The notes under the pieces are model-generated. The model was not told the origin of the DNA, ran no database searches, and saw only the letters and a program-made list of their open reading frames with translations. Positions 1 to 9,372 of a stretch of 64,000 bases of DNA are shown one piece after another. The first letter of the stretch is position 1; each line of letters starts with the position of its first letter. The translations under genes were made by a program, and so were the position numbers. Origin of the DNA: an uncultured Phycisphaerales bacterium (lineage in GTDB: Bacteria; Planctomycetota; Phycisphaerae; Tepidisphaerales; Tepidisphaeraceae); the NCBI GenBank assembly GCA_963758525.1, contig CAVWVQ010000003.1:416001-480000 (forward strand). Direction: 5' to 3'.

Positions 1-1652
1 CCTCGCTCTCGCCGGCGGCCAGGGCCCGGCCGCTGGCGGCGAAGGGGAATTTGCCGATTTTGATCTCGCGCTTTTCTTCGCGCAGCTTCTTTTCGCTGTA
101 GCCCATGCTGGCCACCTGCGGATGGGTATAGGTGCACCCGGGAATCTGCCTGTAGTCGATCGGGGTGTGTGCATGGCCGCAGATGCGCTCGACACAATTG
201 ACGGCCTCATGGTGCGCGACGTGGGCCAGATCGGGATGGCGGTAACCGCCCATGCCCATCTGCACCGGCCAATGCAGGCTGACGCAGTCGCCGACGGCCC
301 AGACGTTTTCCAGGTTCGTGCGATATTCATGATCGACCTTCACGCGACCCTTGAAAATCTCCAGTTTTGCGTCGTGATGATGCAGACCATCGACGTTACC
401 CATCACGCCAACTGCGATCAGAACCAGGTCCGCCTCGATCGTGCTCGCATTTTCGCCTGAAAGCGTCAGTTTTACGCCGGCGTCTGTTTTCTCCACTTTT
501 TCCGTCTTGGTTTTTGTGAAGACCTTGATTCCGCGCTTCATGAAGCTGCGTTCCAGCAGGATGGAAACATCGTCATCTTCATTCGGCAGCAAATGCGGCA
601 GCATTTCGATGACAGTGACTTCCGTTCCGATCGCGTGAAAGAAATCGGCGAACTCGCAGCCAATCGCCCCGGCGCCGATGATCGCGAGCCGCTTGGGTTG
701 TTGCGTCAGATTCATCGCCTCGCGCGAGGTGATGATCTTCTTCCCGTCAAACTCCACGCCGGGCAACGGCATCGCCTTGGCGCCGGTGGCGATGATGATG
801 TGCTCGGCGGTGACTTCCTTGGCTCCGTCCTTGTCAGTCACCAGCACGCGATGCGGCCCGAGAAGCTGGCCCGTGCCAATGACATGCTTGACGCCATACT
901 TGCTGAACAGGCTGCCGATCCCCCGCTGCAGCTTCAAGGCAATGCCGCGGCTCCGCCCGACGATCTTCGAAAAATCAACCTGGAGATTCTCAAACGAGAC
1001 GCCCCGGCTGGCGGCTTCGGTTTTCATCTTGCGGACGAATGCGCCGTCTTCGAGCAGCGCCTTGGTGGGGATGCAGCCCCAGTTGAGGCACGTGCCGCCG
1101 AGATTTTCCTTTTCGACGCAGAATACTTTCTTCTTGAGTTGCGCCGCGGATAGCGGCAGCGTAGCCGGCGGGGCCGCCGCCGATGACGAGGATGTCGTAG
1201 GTGTAGCTCCCGGTTTTCGTCGCGGGTGTTGAGGTCGCCGCCTGCGAAGCCGCAACCGGCGCATTCGCCGGTCTGCCAGCTTTAGCGGGCAGCACGGGTG
1301 GCGCTGCCTTGGGCGCTGTCGGCGCGGGAGCCGGCGCAGGCGCGTTCGCTGGAGCGGGCGCCGCTTTCGCACCTCCCCCCGCATACTTCTTCTTCACCTC
1401 TTCCGGCTTTTCGCTCCCCGTCGCGATAACACCCAATACGCCCCCCACCGCCACTTTTTCCCCCTCCTGCACTTTGATCACCGCCAAAGTCCCCGAATCG
1501 AACGCCTCCATCGGCATCGTGGCTTTATCGGTCTCCACGTCGGCGATCTCTTCGCCGGCTTTAATCCTGTCCCCTTCTTTTTTGTGCCATTTGACGACCG
1601 TTCCTTCGGTCATGGTATCGCTCAACTGCGGCATCGTGATCTCAGCAGGCAT
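1..1652 (-). CDS. lpdA: Dihydrolipoyl dehydrogenase with N-terminal lipoyl domain; frameshift near 1140, 3' end outside window
   Basis: Lipoyl motif ETDKAT, Ala/Pro linker and GGGPAG FAD motif in ORF 990..1652. After the shift the other frame reads QLKKKVFCVEKENLGGTCLNWGCIPTKALL (redox CxxxxC) and continues with GAGAIG and AHVAHHEA. Confidence 0.93.
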
Positions 1653-1715
1653 CGTGTCTCCGTTTGAATGTCAGGGCAGTATAGGGAGAAACGAACGGGA
1701 ATGAAGACAAGGCGG

Positions 1716-1858
1716 GTGATTGGAACGTGGAACGTGACAAGAGAGTGAAGACGTGAAACGTGAGAAGGAGCGGAAGCCGCACGCGTGCAAGGTGATTGGA
1801 ACGTGGAACGTGACAGGGAAGGTCTGTCTCGCGCATCGCGTGGCTTGCCCTTCGCGGG
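1716..1858. repeat. ~130 bp dispersed intergenic repeat, copy 1
   Basis: Shares GTGATTGG..AACGTGACA, GTGAAGACGTGAAACGTGAGAAGGAGCGGA and CGTGGCTTGCCCTTCGCGG with 17496-17626 and, inverted, 23021-23153. Confidence 0.85.
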
Positions 1859-1872
1859 CGCGAGGCGTTCGG

Positions 1873-2661
1873 TCATTGCGTTTCGCGTTCCGCGGTTGCC
1901 AGAGTCCCAAAATAGATCTGCGTGTCGTACTCGAGACGAACGCGGCCGTCGACGGCATGGGCATCGAATATCTCACGCAAACCCGCAAGGATGGCGGCGT
2001 GGTTTGGTTGACCCTCCGCTGGCACATAGGACGACGAGAGCAGGCGGCCGCGCAGGCCGGGGAAATCGAACTCCTGGAAGTTGTAAAGCGTCCGGCGTTC
2101 GTAGTGCCCATTGAAAAATTCAGCGACGATGGATTCTTCCTTCACTTCGCAGCGGGTCGTCAAATAATCGGTTCCGAGCTGCGTCAGCAGTCGGTCATAC
2201 GCCCGAAGAAACGGCGTTGCATCGAGCCGGCGGACGTTCCACATCAGGACGATCTTTCCGCCGGGACGAAGGATGCGCCGGAACTCGCTGCGAGCGGCGG
2301 CGCGGTCGAACCAGTGAAAGGCCTGACCCGCCAGGACAAAATCCGCGGAGGCATCGGCCAGAGTTGTCGCCTCCGCGGCGGCATCGACACTCGTGAAGTT
2401 GGGGTACGAGGCGAGCAACTGCTCTCCAGCGAGGCGCATCTCCCGATTCGGCTCGATGCCGAAGACAGTGTTGCCATTGCGCAGAAACAGCTCGGCAGAG
2501 AAGCCGGTGCCGGAACCGATGTCGGCGATGATCGATTGCGGGCGCAGTCCCGCCTCACCAGCGAGGATGTCGATCACGCCAGCCGGGTAGCGCGGGCGGT
2601 ATCGCACGTAGTCATCAACGCGGTTGGAGAATCGTTGCTTGGAATTCAGATGCTCTGTCAT
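1873..2661 (-). CDS. Class I SAM-dependent methyltransferase
   Basis: RFSNRVDDYVRYRPRYP, DIGSGTG motif I, QAFHWF; start taken at MTEHL. Confidence 0.9.
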   Translation of the reverse strand: MTEHLNSKQRFSNRVDDYVRYRPRYPAGVIDILAGEAGLRPQSIIADIGSGTGFSAELFLRNGNTVFGIEPNREMRLAGEQLLASYPNFTSVDAAAEATTLADASADFVLAGQAFHWFDRAAARSEFRRILRPGGKIVLMWNVRRLDATPFLRAYDRLLTQLGTDYLTTRCEVKEESIVAEFFNGHYERRTLYNFQEFDFPGLRGRLLSSSYVPAEGQPNHAAILAGLREIFDAHAVDGRVRLEYDTQIYFGTLATAERETQ

Positions 2662-2680
2662 CAACTGGAATGTACTTGTT

Positions 2681-2878
2681 TCAACAGGTGGCGCGGGATT
2701 CATCGGACCGCGGAGAAAGGTCCGCACGGCGGGCCACATGCATTGCTCGGATTTCGCGAGGGTCATCGCGGCCCGCCGAGCGGACCCTACGGGCTTGAAA
2801 GCTTCGAACCCATATCACGCACGTTGCAATGCCCAAAATCAACGAACACGCGGACAGGATGGTAAAAATCCACCGCAT
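2681..2878 (-). CDS. Small hypothetical membrane protein or fragment
   Basis: Hydrophobic N-terminus MRWIFTILSACSLILGIATCVIWVRS resembles a recurrent Phycisphaerae protein start; the ORF is short. Confidence 0.4.
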   Translation of the reverse strand: MRWIFTILSACSLILGIATCVIWVRSFQARRVRSAGRDDPREIRAMHVARRADLSPRSDESRATC

Positions 2879-3336
2879 CGGGCGTAATCATACCGGATGG
2901 CTGAATCGAATGGTTCGACTAATCCAGCCCGGATAGCTCCCGAAGGTGATTTGCGAACTCGGCTTGCATCGCCGGGGTTGTGGCGGTCGCGTTTGCACGG
3001 CCGGATCGCTGGCGCATTCAAGATTTGTCTTTCCTTCGCTTCTGTCTTCGCGCCTTCGCTGCTTCGCGGCTCTTCTCTTCAAAACTTGACACAAACCGCT
3101 GTTCCCCTAAACTGAATCTTGCTTTTCCGAAATTTTCGGGCTTTGTCGAGAGGTCCGGCGCGTGGCCGGATGGGTAGACATGCCGGGCCGGATCGCGGTT
3201 TGAATCGGCTCGTGCCTATCGGGAGTACCCGCGAACGGTCACACTTCCAGCAAAGCATTGCGCGGCAGGGACTCCAGTCGCTTGATCGCCCTGCCGCCAC
3301 GCTGAAGTCCCCTTCGCAATGATCTCTGCTAATCCT

Positions 3337-3407
3337 TACCCGGTAGTGTAACGGTAGCACAAGAGATTTTGGCTCTCTTTGTCCTGGTTCGAATCCAGGC
3401 CGGGTAG
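3337..3407 (+). tRNA. tRNA-Gln (anticodon TTG)
   Basis: Acceptor stem TACCCGG/CCGGGTA, anticodon arm AGAGA-TTTTGGC-TCTCT, T arm CCTGG-TTCGAAT-CCAGG; CCA not encoded. Confidence 0.97.
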
Positions 3408-3422
3408 TGCTTTCCGCGCAAA

Positions 3423-3484
3423 TTGTGGTGCGGGCTTCCAGCCTGCTCTGCTCTGAAACGGCAGGCTGCAAGCCTGACCCGCAA
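3423..3484. repeat. REP-like inverted doublet
   Basis: GTGGTGCGGGCTTCCAGCCTGC ... GCAGGCTGCAAGCCTG, two short palindromes in inverted orientation. Confidence 0.5.
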
Positions 3485-3515
3485 TGGAACTGAACTGACG
3501 CTTTCAACTTCGCCC

Positions 3516-4502
3516 ATGTCACTCACCGCCATCATTCTCGCCGCCGGCAAAAGCACGCGGATGAAGTCGAAACGGCCCAAGGTGCTGCACGAGGTGTGCG
3601 GCAAGCCGATGCTCGAGTTCGTCCTCGAAGCCTGTTACAGCGCCGGATGCGAGCGGGTATTGGTGGTCATCGGACATGCGAGGGAAGAGGTGATGGCGAC
3701 GTTTTCGCACGATCGCCGCATCACCTGGGTGGAGCAGACCGAGCAGCACGGGACCGGACACGCCGCGCGCATGTGCGAGAAACATCTCAAGGATCACCAT
3801 GGCGACGTGTTTATTCTCGCCGGAGACGGGCCGTTGATTCGCGGGGAAGTGCTTCGCACGCTGCTGCGGGCGCATCGCGACGAGCGGGCCGCCGCGAGCA
3901 TGGCCACGGCGATTCTCGACGATCCGACGGGCTATGGGCGGATCATCCGCGACTCGGCGGGGCAATTCGTCGAGATCATCGAGCAGATCGACGCGACGCC
4001 CGAGCAACGCGAGATTCGCGAGGTCTTTCCCAGCTACTACTGCGTCAAGGCGTCAGAACTCCTCTTTGCCCTCTCGCAATTGAAAAACAACAACAAGAAG
4101 GGCGAGTATTATCTGACCGACATTTACGCCATCCTGCGGATGGCGGGTCATAAAGTGGTTGCCGTGCAGGCGGTCACCGCGGAAGACACGCTGGCGGTCA
4201 ACACGCGCGAGCAGCAGGCGCAGGTCGACGCGGTGATGCAGGACCGTATTCAACGGCATCTGCGCGATTCGGGCGTGAGCGTCGTCAGCGGCATCAGTAC
4301 CTATATCGAGGCGGGCGTGAAGATCGGGCCGGACAGCGTGATTCATCCGTTCACGTTCATCGGGCGCGACGCCCAGATCGGATCCGATTGCGTGATCGGA
4401 CCATTTGCATCGGTGCAGAGGAAGGGAATTGTTCCGGAGGGAAGCGTGCTGGCGGGGAATATCTCCGCCGGGACCACGACACTGGACCTTTCCAGAGGCT
4501 GA
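3516..4502 (+). CDS. glmU: GlmU-like N-acetylglucosamine-1-phosphate uridyltransferase, short form (328 aa)
   Basis: ILAAGKSTRMKS, PKVLH, QHGTGHA, GDGP, GYGRI, EYYLTD, then only a few hexapeptide repeats; sits in the tRNA-Gln-glmU-prs context. Confidence 0.88.
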   Translation: MSLTAIILAAGKSTRMKSKRPKVLHEVCGKPMLEFVLEACYSAGCERVLVVIGHAREEVMATFSHDRRITWVEQTEQHGTGHAARMCEKHLKDHHGDVFILAGDGPLIRGEVLRTLLRAHRDERAAASMATAILDDPTGYGRIIRDSAGQFVEIIEQIDATPEQREIREVFPSYYCVKASELLFALSQLKNNNKKGEYYLTDIYAILRMAGHKVVAVQAVTAEDTLAVNTREQQAQVDAVMQDRIQRHLRDSGVSVVSGISTYIEAGVKIGPDSVIHPFTFIGRDAQIGSDCVIGPFASVQRKGIVPEGSVLAGNISAGTTTLDLSRG

Positions 4503-4504
4503 GC

Positions 4505-5493
4505 ATGGACAAAATAGACCCACAACGCCTCAAGCTCTTCACCGGCCGCGCCAATCCGCAGCTTGCGCAGAAAATCTGCGATTCGCTGAAGATCCCCCTC
4601 GGCCGGGGGCGCACAGACCTGTTTCCGGACGGCGAGCTGATCGTCAAGGTGGAGGAGGACGTGCGCGGCCGCGATTGCTACGTCGTGCAGCCGACATGTC
4701 AGCCGGTCAATGCGCATCTGATGGAGCTGATGATCTGGATTGACTGCCTGAAGCGCGCAGCGCCAAGGCGGTGACAGCGGTGATCCCCTACTTCGGCTAC
4801 GCCCGCCAGGATCGCAAAGACGAGGGTCGCACGCCGATCACTGCCAAGCTGGTCGCGAATCTGCTGGAGCGCGCCGGGGCCGATCGCGTGGTCTCGGTCG
4901 ATCTGCACGCGGCGCAGGTGCAGGGCTTCTTCGACATCCCCGTCGATCACCTTCATGCCGATCCGGTCATCATCAAGTGGATCAAGTCGCTGAAAATGGC
5001 CAATCGCGTTTTTGCCTCACCGGACGTGGGCAACGTGAAGCGGGCGCAGGTTTACGCCAACCGACTGGGCGGCGACATCTGCATCATCGACAAGCGGCGC
5101 AAGAGCGGCTCGGAAACCAGGGCGGCCCACATCATCGGCGACGTGAAGGACAAGAACATTCTGATGGTCGACGACATGATCACCACGGCCGGCACGGTGA
5201 CCGAAGCCTGCCGGATTCTCCGCGATCATGGAGCGAAGGACATTTACATCGTCGCGTCGCATGCGGTTTTCGCGCCGCCAGCCATGGAACGCCTGGCTAA
5301 GTGCGATTTCACCAAGCTCGCCGTGACCGACACGATTCCCATCGGCAACCGGGCCGACGCGATCAAGGACAAACTCGTGGTGCTGAGCGTCGCCGATCTT
5401 CTCGGCGAAGCCATCACGCGAATTCATCACAATCAGTCAGTCAGTGCCCTGTTCAACGACAGCGGCAAGGAGAAGGAAGAGGAACAGAAATAG
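4505..5493 (+). CDS. prs: Ribose-phosphate pyrophosphokinase; frameshift near 4762
   Basis: FPDGE and VRGRD in the first frame; PYFGYARQDRK, DLHAAQVQGFF and VDDMITTAGT in the second. Confidence 0.95.
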
Positions 5494-5571
5494 ACCCGCG
5501 CTCATTCATTGAGACGAAACCCGCGGCGTGTTCGCTGTAGCGAGCGGCCGCAATTTGGATCGAGGTACATC

Positions 5572-6240
5572 ATGGCAGTTCAATCAGCACAAGTGGCAGC
5601 AAAGGCCCGCACGGAACTCGGCTCGCGAGCGAACAAGCGTCTGCGCGACGCGGGATTCGTGCCCGGCGTTATCTACGGGCACAAGGAGGCGGTGATTCCC
5701 GTCACGCTTCCAAAAAAGGAGCTGACGGGCCACCTGGGCCGCGGCGCGCATCTTTTCGACCTGGCGCTGGACGACGGCAAAAGCCAGAAGGTGCTGGTCA
5801 AGGAAGTGCAGTTCGATCATCTTGGGATGGAAGTCATTCACGTTGACTTCGCCCGCGTGAGCCTTGACGAAAAAGTGGAACTCACGATTCCCCTGGAGCT
5901 CAAGGGCACGCCCAAAGGTGAAGAGGAAGGCGGCGTGCTGCAGCAAGTGGTGATGGAACTCGAAATCGAGTGCCTCGTAACTGACATTCCCGAAGCGATC
6001 CGGCACAACGTTTCCGACATGGGCATGGATTCGGTTCTGCACATCAAGGATTTGAAGCTGCCGGCGGGCGTCAAGGTGCTGCAGGACGAAGACCTGATCG
6101 TGGCAAGCGTTCGCGAGATCGCCGAGGAAGAGGCCACGGAAGCCACCGAAGGCGAATCCGCCGAGCCGGAACTGATCGGCCGCAAGCCGACTGACGAGGA
6201 AGCGGCGGCCGCGGGAGAGGAAGGCGCCGAGAAGAAGTAA
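5572..6240 (+). CDS. rplY: 50S ribosomal protein L25 (Ctc, long form)
   Basis: RLRDAGFVPGVIYG, VKEVQFD, HVDF, acidic tail; prs-rplY-pth order. Confidence 0.95.
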   Translation: MAVQSAQVAAKARTELGSRANKRLRDAGFVPGVIYGHKEAVIPVTLPKKELTGHLGRGAHLFDLALDDGKSQKVLVKEVQFDHLGMEVIHVDFARVSLDEKVELTIPLELKGTPKGEEEGGVLQQVVMELEIECLVTDIPEAIRHNVSDMGMDSVLHIKDLKLPAGVKVLQDEDLIVASVREIAEEEATEATEGESAEPELIGRKPTDEEAAAAGEEGAEKK

Positions 6241-6255
6241 GGCCGTTGGCGCGGA

Positions 6256-6447
6256 AACTCGAATGACGAAATCAGAAACCAGAATTCAGCAATCAAACCG
6301 AAACCAGAATGACGAATGACGAAGCGAAATACGGCCGTTTGAGCGCACTGTGGCCGTTACGGATGTCCGCATCGTCTTCATCTCTGCATTTGGGCATTCG
6401 TCATTCGGGCTTGATTCGGAATTCGGGTTTCGGAATTCGGAATTTCG
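6256..6447. repeat. Degenerate 7-nt-period tandem arrays in inverted orientation
   Basis: GAATGAC/GAAACCA-type units on the left, GTCATTC/GGAATTC/GGGTTTC-type units on the right; the same family occurs at 7635-7716. Confidence 0.75.
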
Positions 6448-6454
6448 TGACCAC

Positions 6455-7078
6455 ATGAAGCTGGTCGTTGGATTGGGAAACCCGGGCCGCGAATATGCCG
6501 GGACTCGTCACAACATCGGCTTCGAGGTGATCGACCGGCTCGCGGAGCGATTCGGATGGACCGGCCCCGGCGAGTTTGATCGCGTGGCCCGCGGCAAGTT
6601 TGAGAGCCTGGCTTGCGACGGCATGGTGAATCTGCCGGGCGGTTCGCAAAGAGCATTGCTGCTCAAGCCCATGACGTTTATGAACGTCAGTGGCCAGGCG
6701 GTGCAGGCTGCGGCCGCGTTTTACCAGCTCGCGACGGCTGACATCATGATCGTGCTGGATGATCTGGCCCTGGCGTGCGGACGAATCCGCCTGCGGGCCG
6801 ACGGAAGCAGTGGAGGCCATAACGGCCTCAAGGACATCGAGCGGGCGCTGGGCACGAGCGGCTATCCGCGATTGCGGGTCGGGATCGACCCGCCGCCCCA
6901 GCGTGTGCCGGGACGCGATTATGTCCTGAGCCGATTTTCCGATCAGCAGCGACCGCTGATCGATCGAGCCGTCGAACGCGCGGCCGCGGCAGTGGAAGCC
7001 TGGATGGATCAGGGAATCGCGCCGGCGATGAACCAGTTCAACGCCGACGCAAAGTCAGACGAGAAAACGAAAGATTGA
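6455..7078 (+). CDS. pth: Peptidyl-tRNA hydrolase
   Basis: GLGNPG, TRHNIGF, KPMTFMN, GGHNGLK, RLRVGI. Confidence 0.97.
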   Translation: MKLVVGLGNPGREYAGTRHNIGFEVIDRLAERFGWTGPGEFDRVARGKFESLACDGMVNLPGGSQRALLLKPMTFMNVSGQAVQAAAAFYQLATADIMIVLDDLALACGRIRLRADGSSGGHNGLKDIERALGTSGYPRLRVGIDPPPQRVPGRDYVLSRFSDQQRPLIDRAVERAAAAVEAWMDQGIAPAMNQFNADAKSDEKTKD

Positions 7079-7096
7079 CCTTTTGGAGATCGACCG

Positions 7097-7624
7097 ATGG
7101 CAGACGTGAAGAACACTTATGAAGCGATGTTTCTCTATGGACCCTCGGCGCTGGCCGACCTCGATGGCGCAATCAAAGCCGTCACCGCGATGGTTGAGAA
7201 GCACGGGGGCGAAGTGCTGGTGATCAAGAAGTGGGACGAGCGGAAGCTCGCCTACGAGATCAAGAAGCAGAAGCGCGGGACCTACATCATCTGTTACTAC
7301 AAGGGCCCGGGTCCTTCGGTCACCGCGATCGAACGCGACGTCAACCTCAGTGACGACGTCCTGCGCGTGCTCATCACGCGCGCCGATCATCTCAACAAGG
7401 AAGAGATGGCGGCTGTCGAGCCGCAGCCGATTCAACCGCGCGAAGAGCGTAATCCCTGGGACCGCCCTGGGTTTAACGACGGAGAGAGGCCGCGGCGCGA
7501 CGACCGCCCGCGCGATGACCGGCCCCGTGATGACCGGCCTCGGGACGATCGCCCGCGCGATGATCGCGCTCCGCGCACGCCGCGCCGCGAGGACGCCCCT
7601 GCCGCTGCGCCCGCCGCCGAGTAG
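7097..7624 (+). CDS. rpsF: 30S ribosomal protein S6 with RPRDD-repeat tail
   Basis: YEAMF, WDERKLAYEIKK, VLRVLI; followed by ssb and rplI. Confidence 0.95.
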   Translation: MADVKNTYEAMFLYGPSALADLDGAIKAVTAMVEKHGGEVLVIKKWDERKLAYEIKKQKRGTYIICYYKGPGPSVTAIERDVNLSDDVLRVLITRADHLNKEEMAAVEPQPIQPREERNPWDRPGFNDGERPRRDDRPRDDRPRDDRPRDDRPRDDRAPRTPRREDAPAAAPAAE

Positions 7625-7634
7625 TGGGTCGCGG

Positions 7635-7716
7635 AAATCCGAATGACGAAACCAGAATCCCGAATCAAAGAATCAAATTTGATTCGTCATTCGGGTTTCG
7701 GAATTCGGGTTTCGGG
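7635..7716. repeat. 7-nt-period inverted array, same family as 6256-6447
   Basis: CCGAATGACGAAACCAGAATCCCGAATC ... GATTCGTCATTCGGGTTTCGGAATTCGGG. Confidence 0.75.
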
Positions 7717-7786
7717 CTCTGCCCAGTGTATACTTGCGAGAATTCTCTAGGCATCGAACCACCGCTTTCCCAAGGGAGCCTTGACA

Positions 7787-8371
7787 ATGGCTAGCTTCAA
7801 CAAAGTGCTGTTAATGGGCAATCTGACCCGCGACCCGCAGTTGAAGTATCTGCCGAGCCAGACGGCGGTGGCGGAGTTCGGCGTCGCGTGCAATCGCAAA
7901 TTCAAAAGCGCGACGGGCGAAGACCGTGAGGAAGTCACGTTTGTCGACTGCGCGGCCTTTGGAAAGACCGGCGAGGTGATCAATCAATACTTCACCAAGG
8001 GGAAGCCGATCTTCATCGAAGGCCGGCTGAAATATGATCAGTGGGAAGACAAGCAAGGCGGCGGGAAGCGCAGCAAGATGAGCGTCGTCGTCGAAAATTT
8101 TCAATTCGTCGGCGGCCGCGATGGCGGAGGCGGTGGCGGCGGTGGCGGTGGCGCGTACGAAGGCGGTCAGGAAGGTGGCGAATCGCGCTCCCCTTCGCGA
8201 TACCCGCCGCGCTCGCAGGGTGGAACTTCGGGTTCCCAGCCCGGGGCAGGTGCACCGCAGGGAGCCCGTCCTCCCGCGGCAGGCGGCGGTGATGCCGCGC
8301 AGCCGTCCCCGGCCCCGCAACCGCCGTACGGCGAGGAAAGTCAGCTCAACGAGGAAGATATTCCGTTTTAG
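7787..8371 (+). CDS. ssb: Single-stranded DNA-binding protein
   Basis: NKVLLMGNLTRDP, IEGRL, Gly-rich linker, C-terminal EDIPF. Confidence 0.98.
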   Translation: MASFNKVLLMGNLTRDPQLKYLPSQTAVAEFGVACNRKFKSATGEDREEVTFVDCAAFGKTGEVINQYFTKGKPIFIEGRLKYDQWEDKQGGGKRSKMSVVVENFQFVGGRDGGGGGGGGGGAYEGGQEGGESRSPSRYPPRSQGGTSGSQPGAGAPQGARPPAAGGGDAAQPSPAPQPPYGEESQLNEEDIPF

Positions 8372-8491
8372 CTCAAGACCAACGCGCGCGACTCCGCGCC
8401 CGTTCAAGTGAGCCGCTGCCCTGAGGCGGCGGCTAAATGTGTGTTGGAAGCGCATCATCGCGCAAAGTCGATAGCGAATTTCGAGGCAACC

Positions 8492-9016
8492 ATGGCAAAC
8501 GTCAAATTGTTACTGAAGGAAAGCATCAAGCACGTCGGCAAAGTCGGCGACATCGTGGAGGTGTCGAACGGCTACGCCCGCAATTACCTGCTGCCGCAGG
8601 ACCTGGCCCTGCATCCCACGCCGGGCAACATCAAGAAGGTCGAGGAGCGGCGCAAGGAAATCGAGCGCGTGGAGCGCGAGCGCCGCGACCAGCAGGCGGC
8701 GCTGATCAAGCAACTTGAAACCGTCGAAGTCACTCTCGAGCGTCGAGCCAACGAACAGGGGCACCTGTTCGGCTCGGTGACGGCGACTGACATCGCCAAG
8801 GCTCTGCAGGCGCAGGGCTTCAACGTGATCCCGACCGATATCAATCTGCCCGGCCGGCTCGATCAAATCGAGAAGTACAGCGTGCAGATCAAGTTCGCCG
8901 AAGATCTCGCGACGGACATCAAGGTCTGGGTGGCGCCCGATGCCGACAGCAAGGCCGCCATCGACGCCGCGCACAAGGCCAGTGCCGCAGCCGAGCCCGC
9001 CGCGGAACCGGCGTAA
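8492..9016 (+). CDS. rplI: 50S ribosomal protein L9
   Basis: GKVGDIVEVSNGYARNYLLP and GHLFGSVT. Confidence 0.97.
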   Translation: MANVKLLLKESIKHVGKVGDIVEVSNGYARNYLLPQDLALHPTPGNIKKVEERRKEIERVERERRDQQAALIKQLETVEVTLERRANEQGHLFGSVTATDIAKALQAQGFNVIPTDINLPGRLDQIEKYSVQIKFAEDLATDIKVWVAPDADSKAAIDAAHKASAAAEPAAEPA

Positions 9017-9072
9017 ATTCGATAGCGATTCGCTCGTCCACCGCCACGTTGTGGACGAGCAGTACATAACAT

Positions 9073-9111
9073 GACCGGCGCGACGGCAACTCGTCGCGCC
9101 GGTCTTTTTTT
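9073..9111 (+). terminator. Intrinsic terminator after rplI
   Basis: Perfect 13 bp stem GACCGGCGCGACG/CGTCGCGCCGGTC followed by T7; a second 10 bp hairpin lies at 9032-9060. Confidence 0.9.
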
Positions 9112-9153
9112 CGCTTAACATTCACGGATGAAGAGCCGCTATCGAGTTGGCAT

Positions 9154-9175
9154 GTAGGGCGGGATTCATCCCGCC
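9154..9175 (+). repeat. GTAG-type REP, family A
   Basis: GTAG-GGCGGGA-TTCA-TCCCGCC; further copies at 15667, 15711, 23212, 23258, 25433, 31539, 31583, 36777, 36903. Confidence 0.9.
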
Positions 9176-9200
9176 GATGTCGCGGAGAGCAACCCCGTGG

Positions 9201-9309
9201 CGTGGCATGGCGTCCCGCCCATCCTGGAGGCGCTGAGCTTCAGAAGGACCCTGATATCAGAGGATCCTTTCTCCCCCGTCGCCAACACGGGCGGGACGCC
9301 CGTGCCACG
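9201..9309. repeat. REP family B inverted doublet
   Basis: CGTGGCATGGCGTCCCGCCCAT ... CACGGGCGGGACGCCCGTGCCACG; second doublet at 15833-15955. Confidence 0.85.
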
Positions 9310-9372
9310 ATGTGCCAGGGGGTTGCGTTGGAGGCGCCGGAAAGTTAATTGTCTCTCTCAGCAAGGAAGCGC

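Noticed and set aside
3337..3407. tRNA-Gln as an integration site for an island
   Set aside because: No integrase and no duplicated tRNA 3' end were seen; core glmU-prs follows directly.
7097..9016. Missing rpsR between ssb and rplI; also gyrB without gyrA and coaB without coaC
   Set aside because: Dispersed operons and split CoaBC are known arrangements; the partners are probably elsewhere in the genome.
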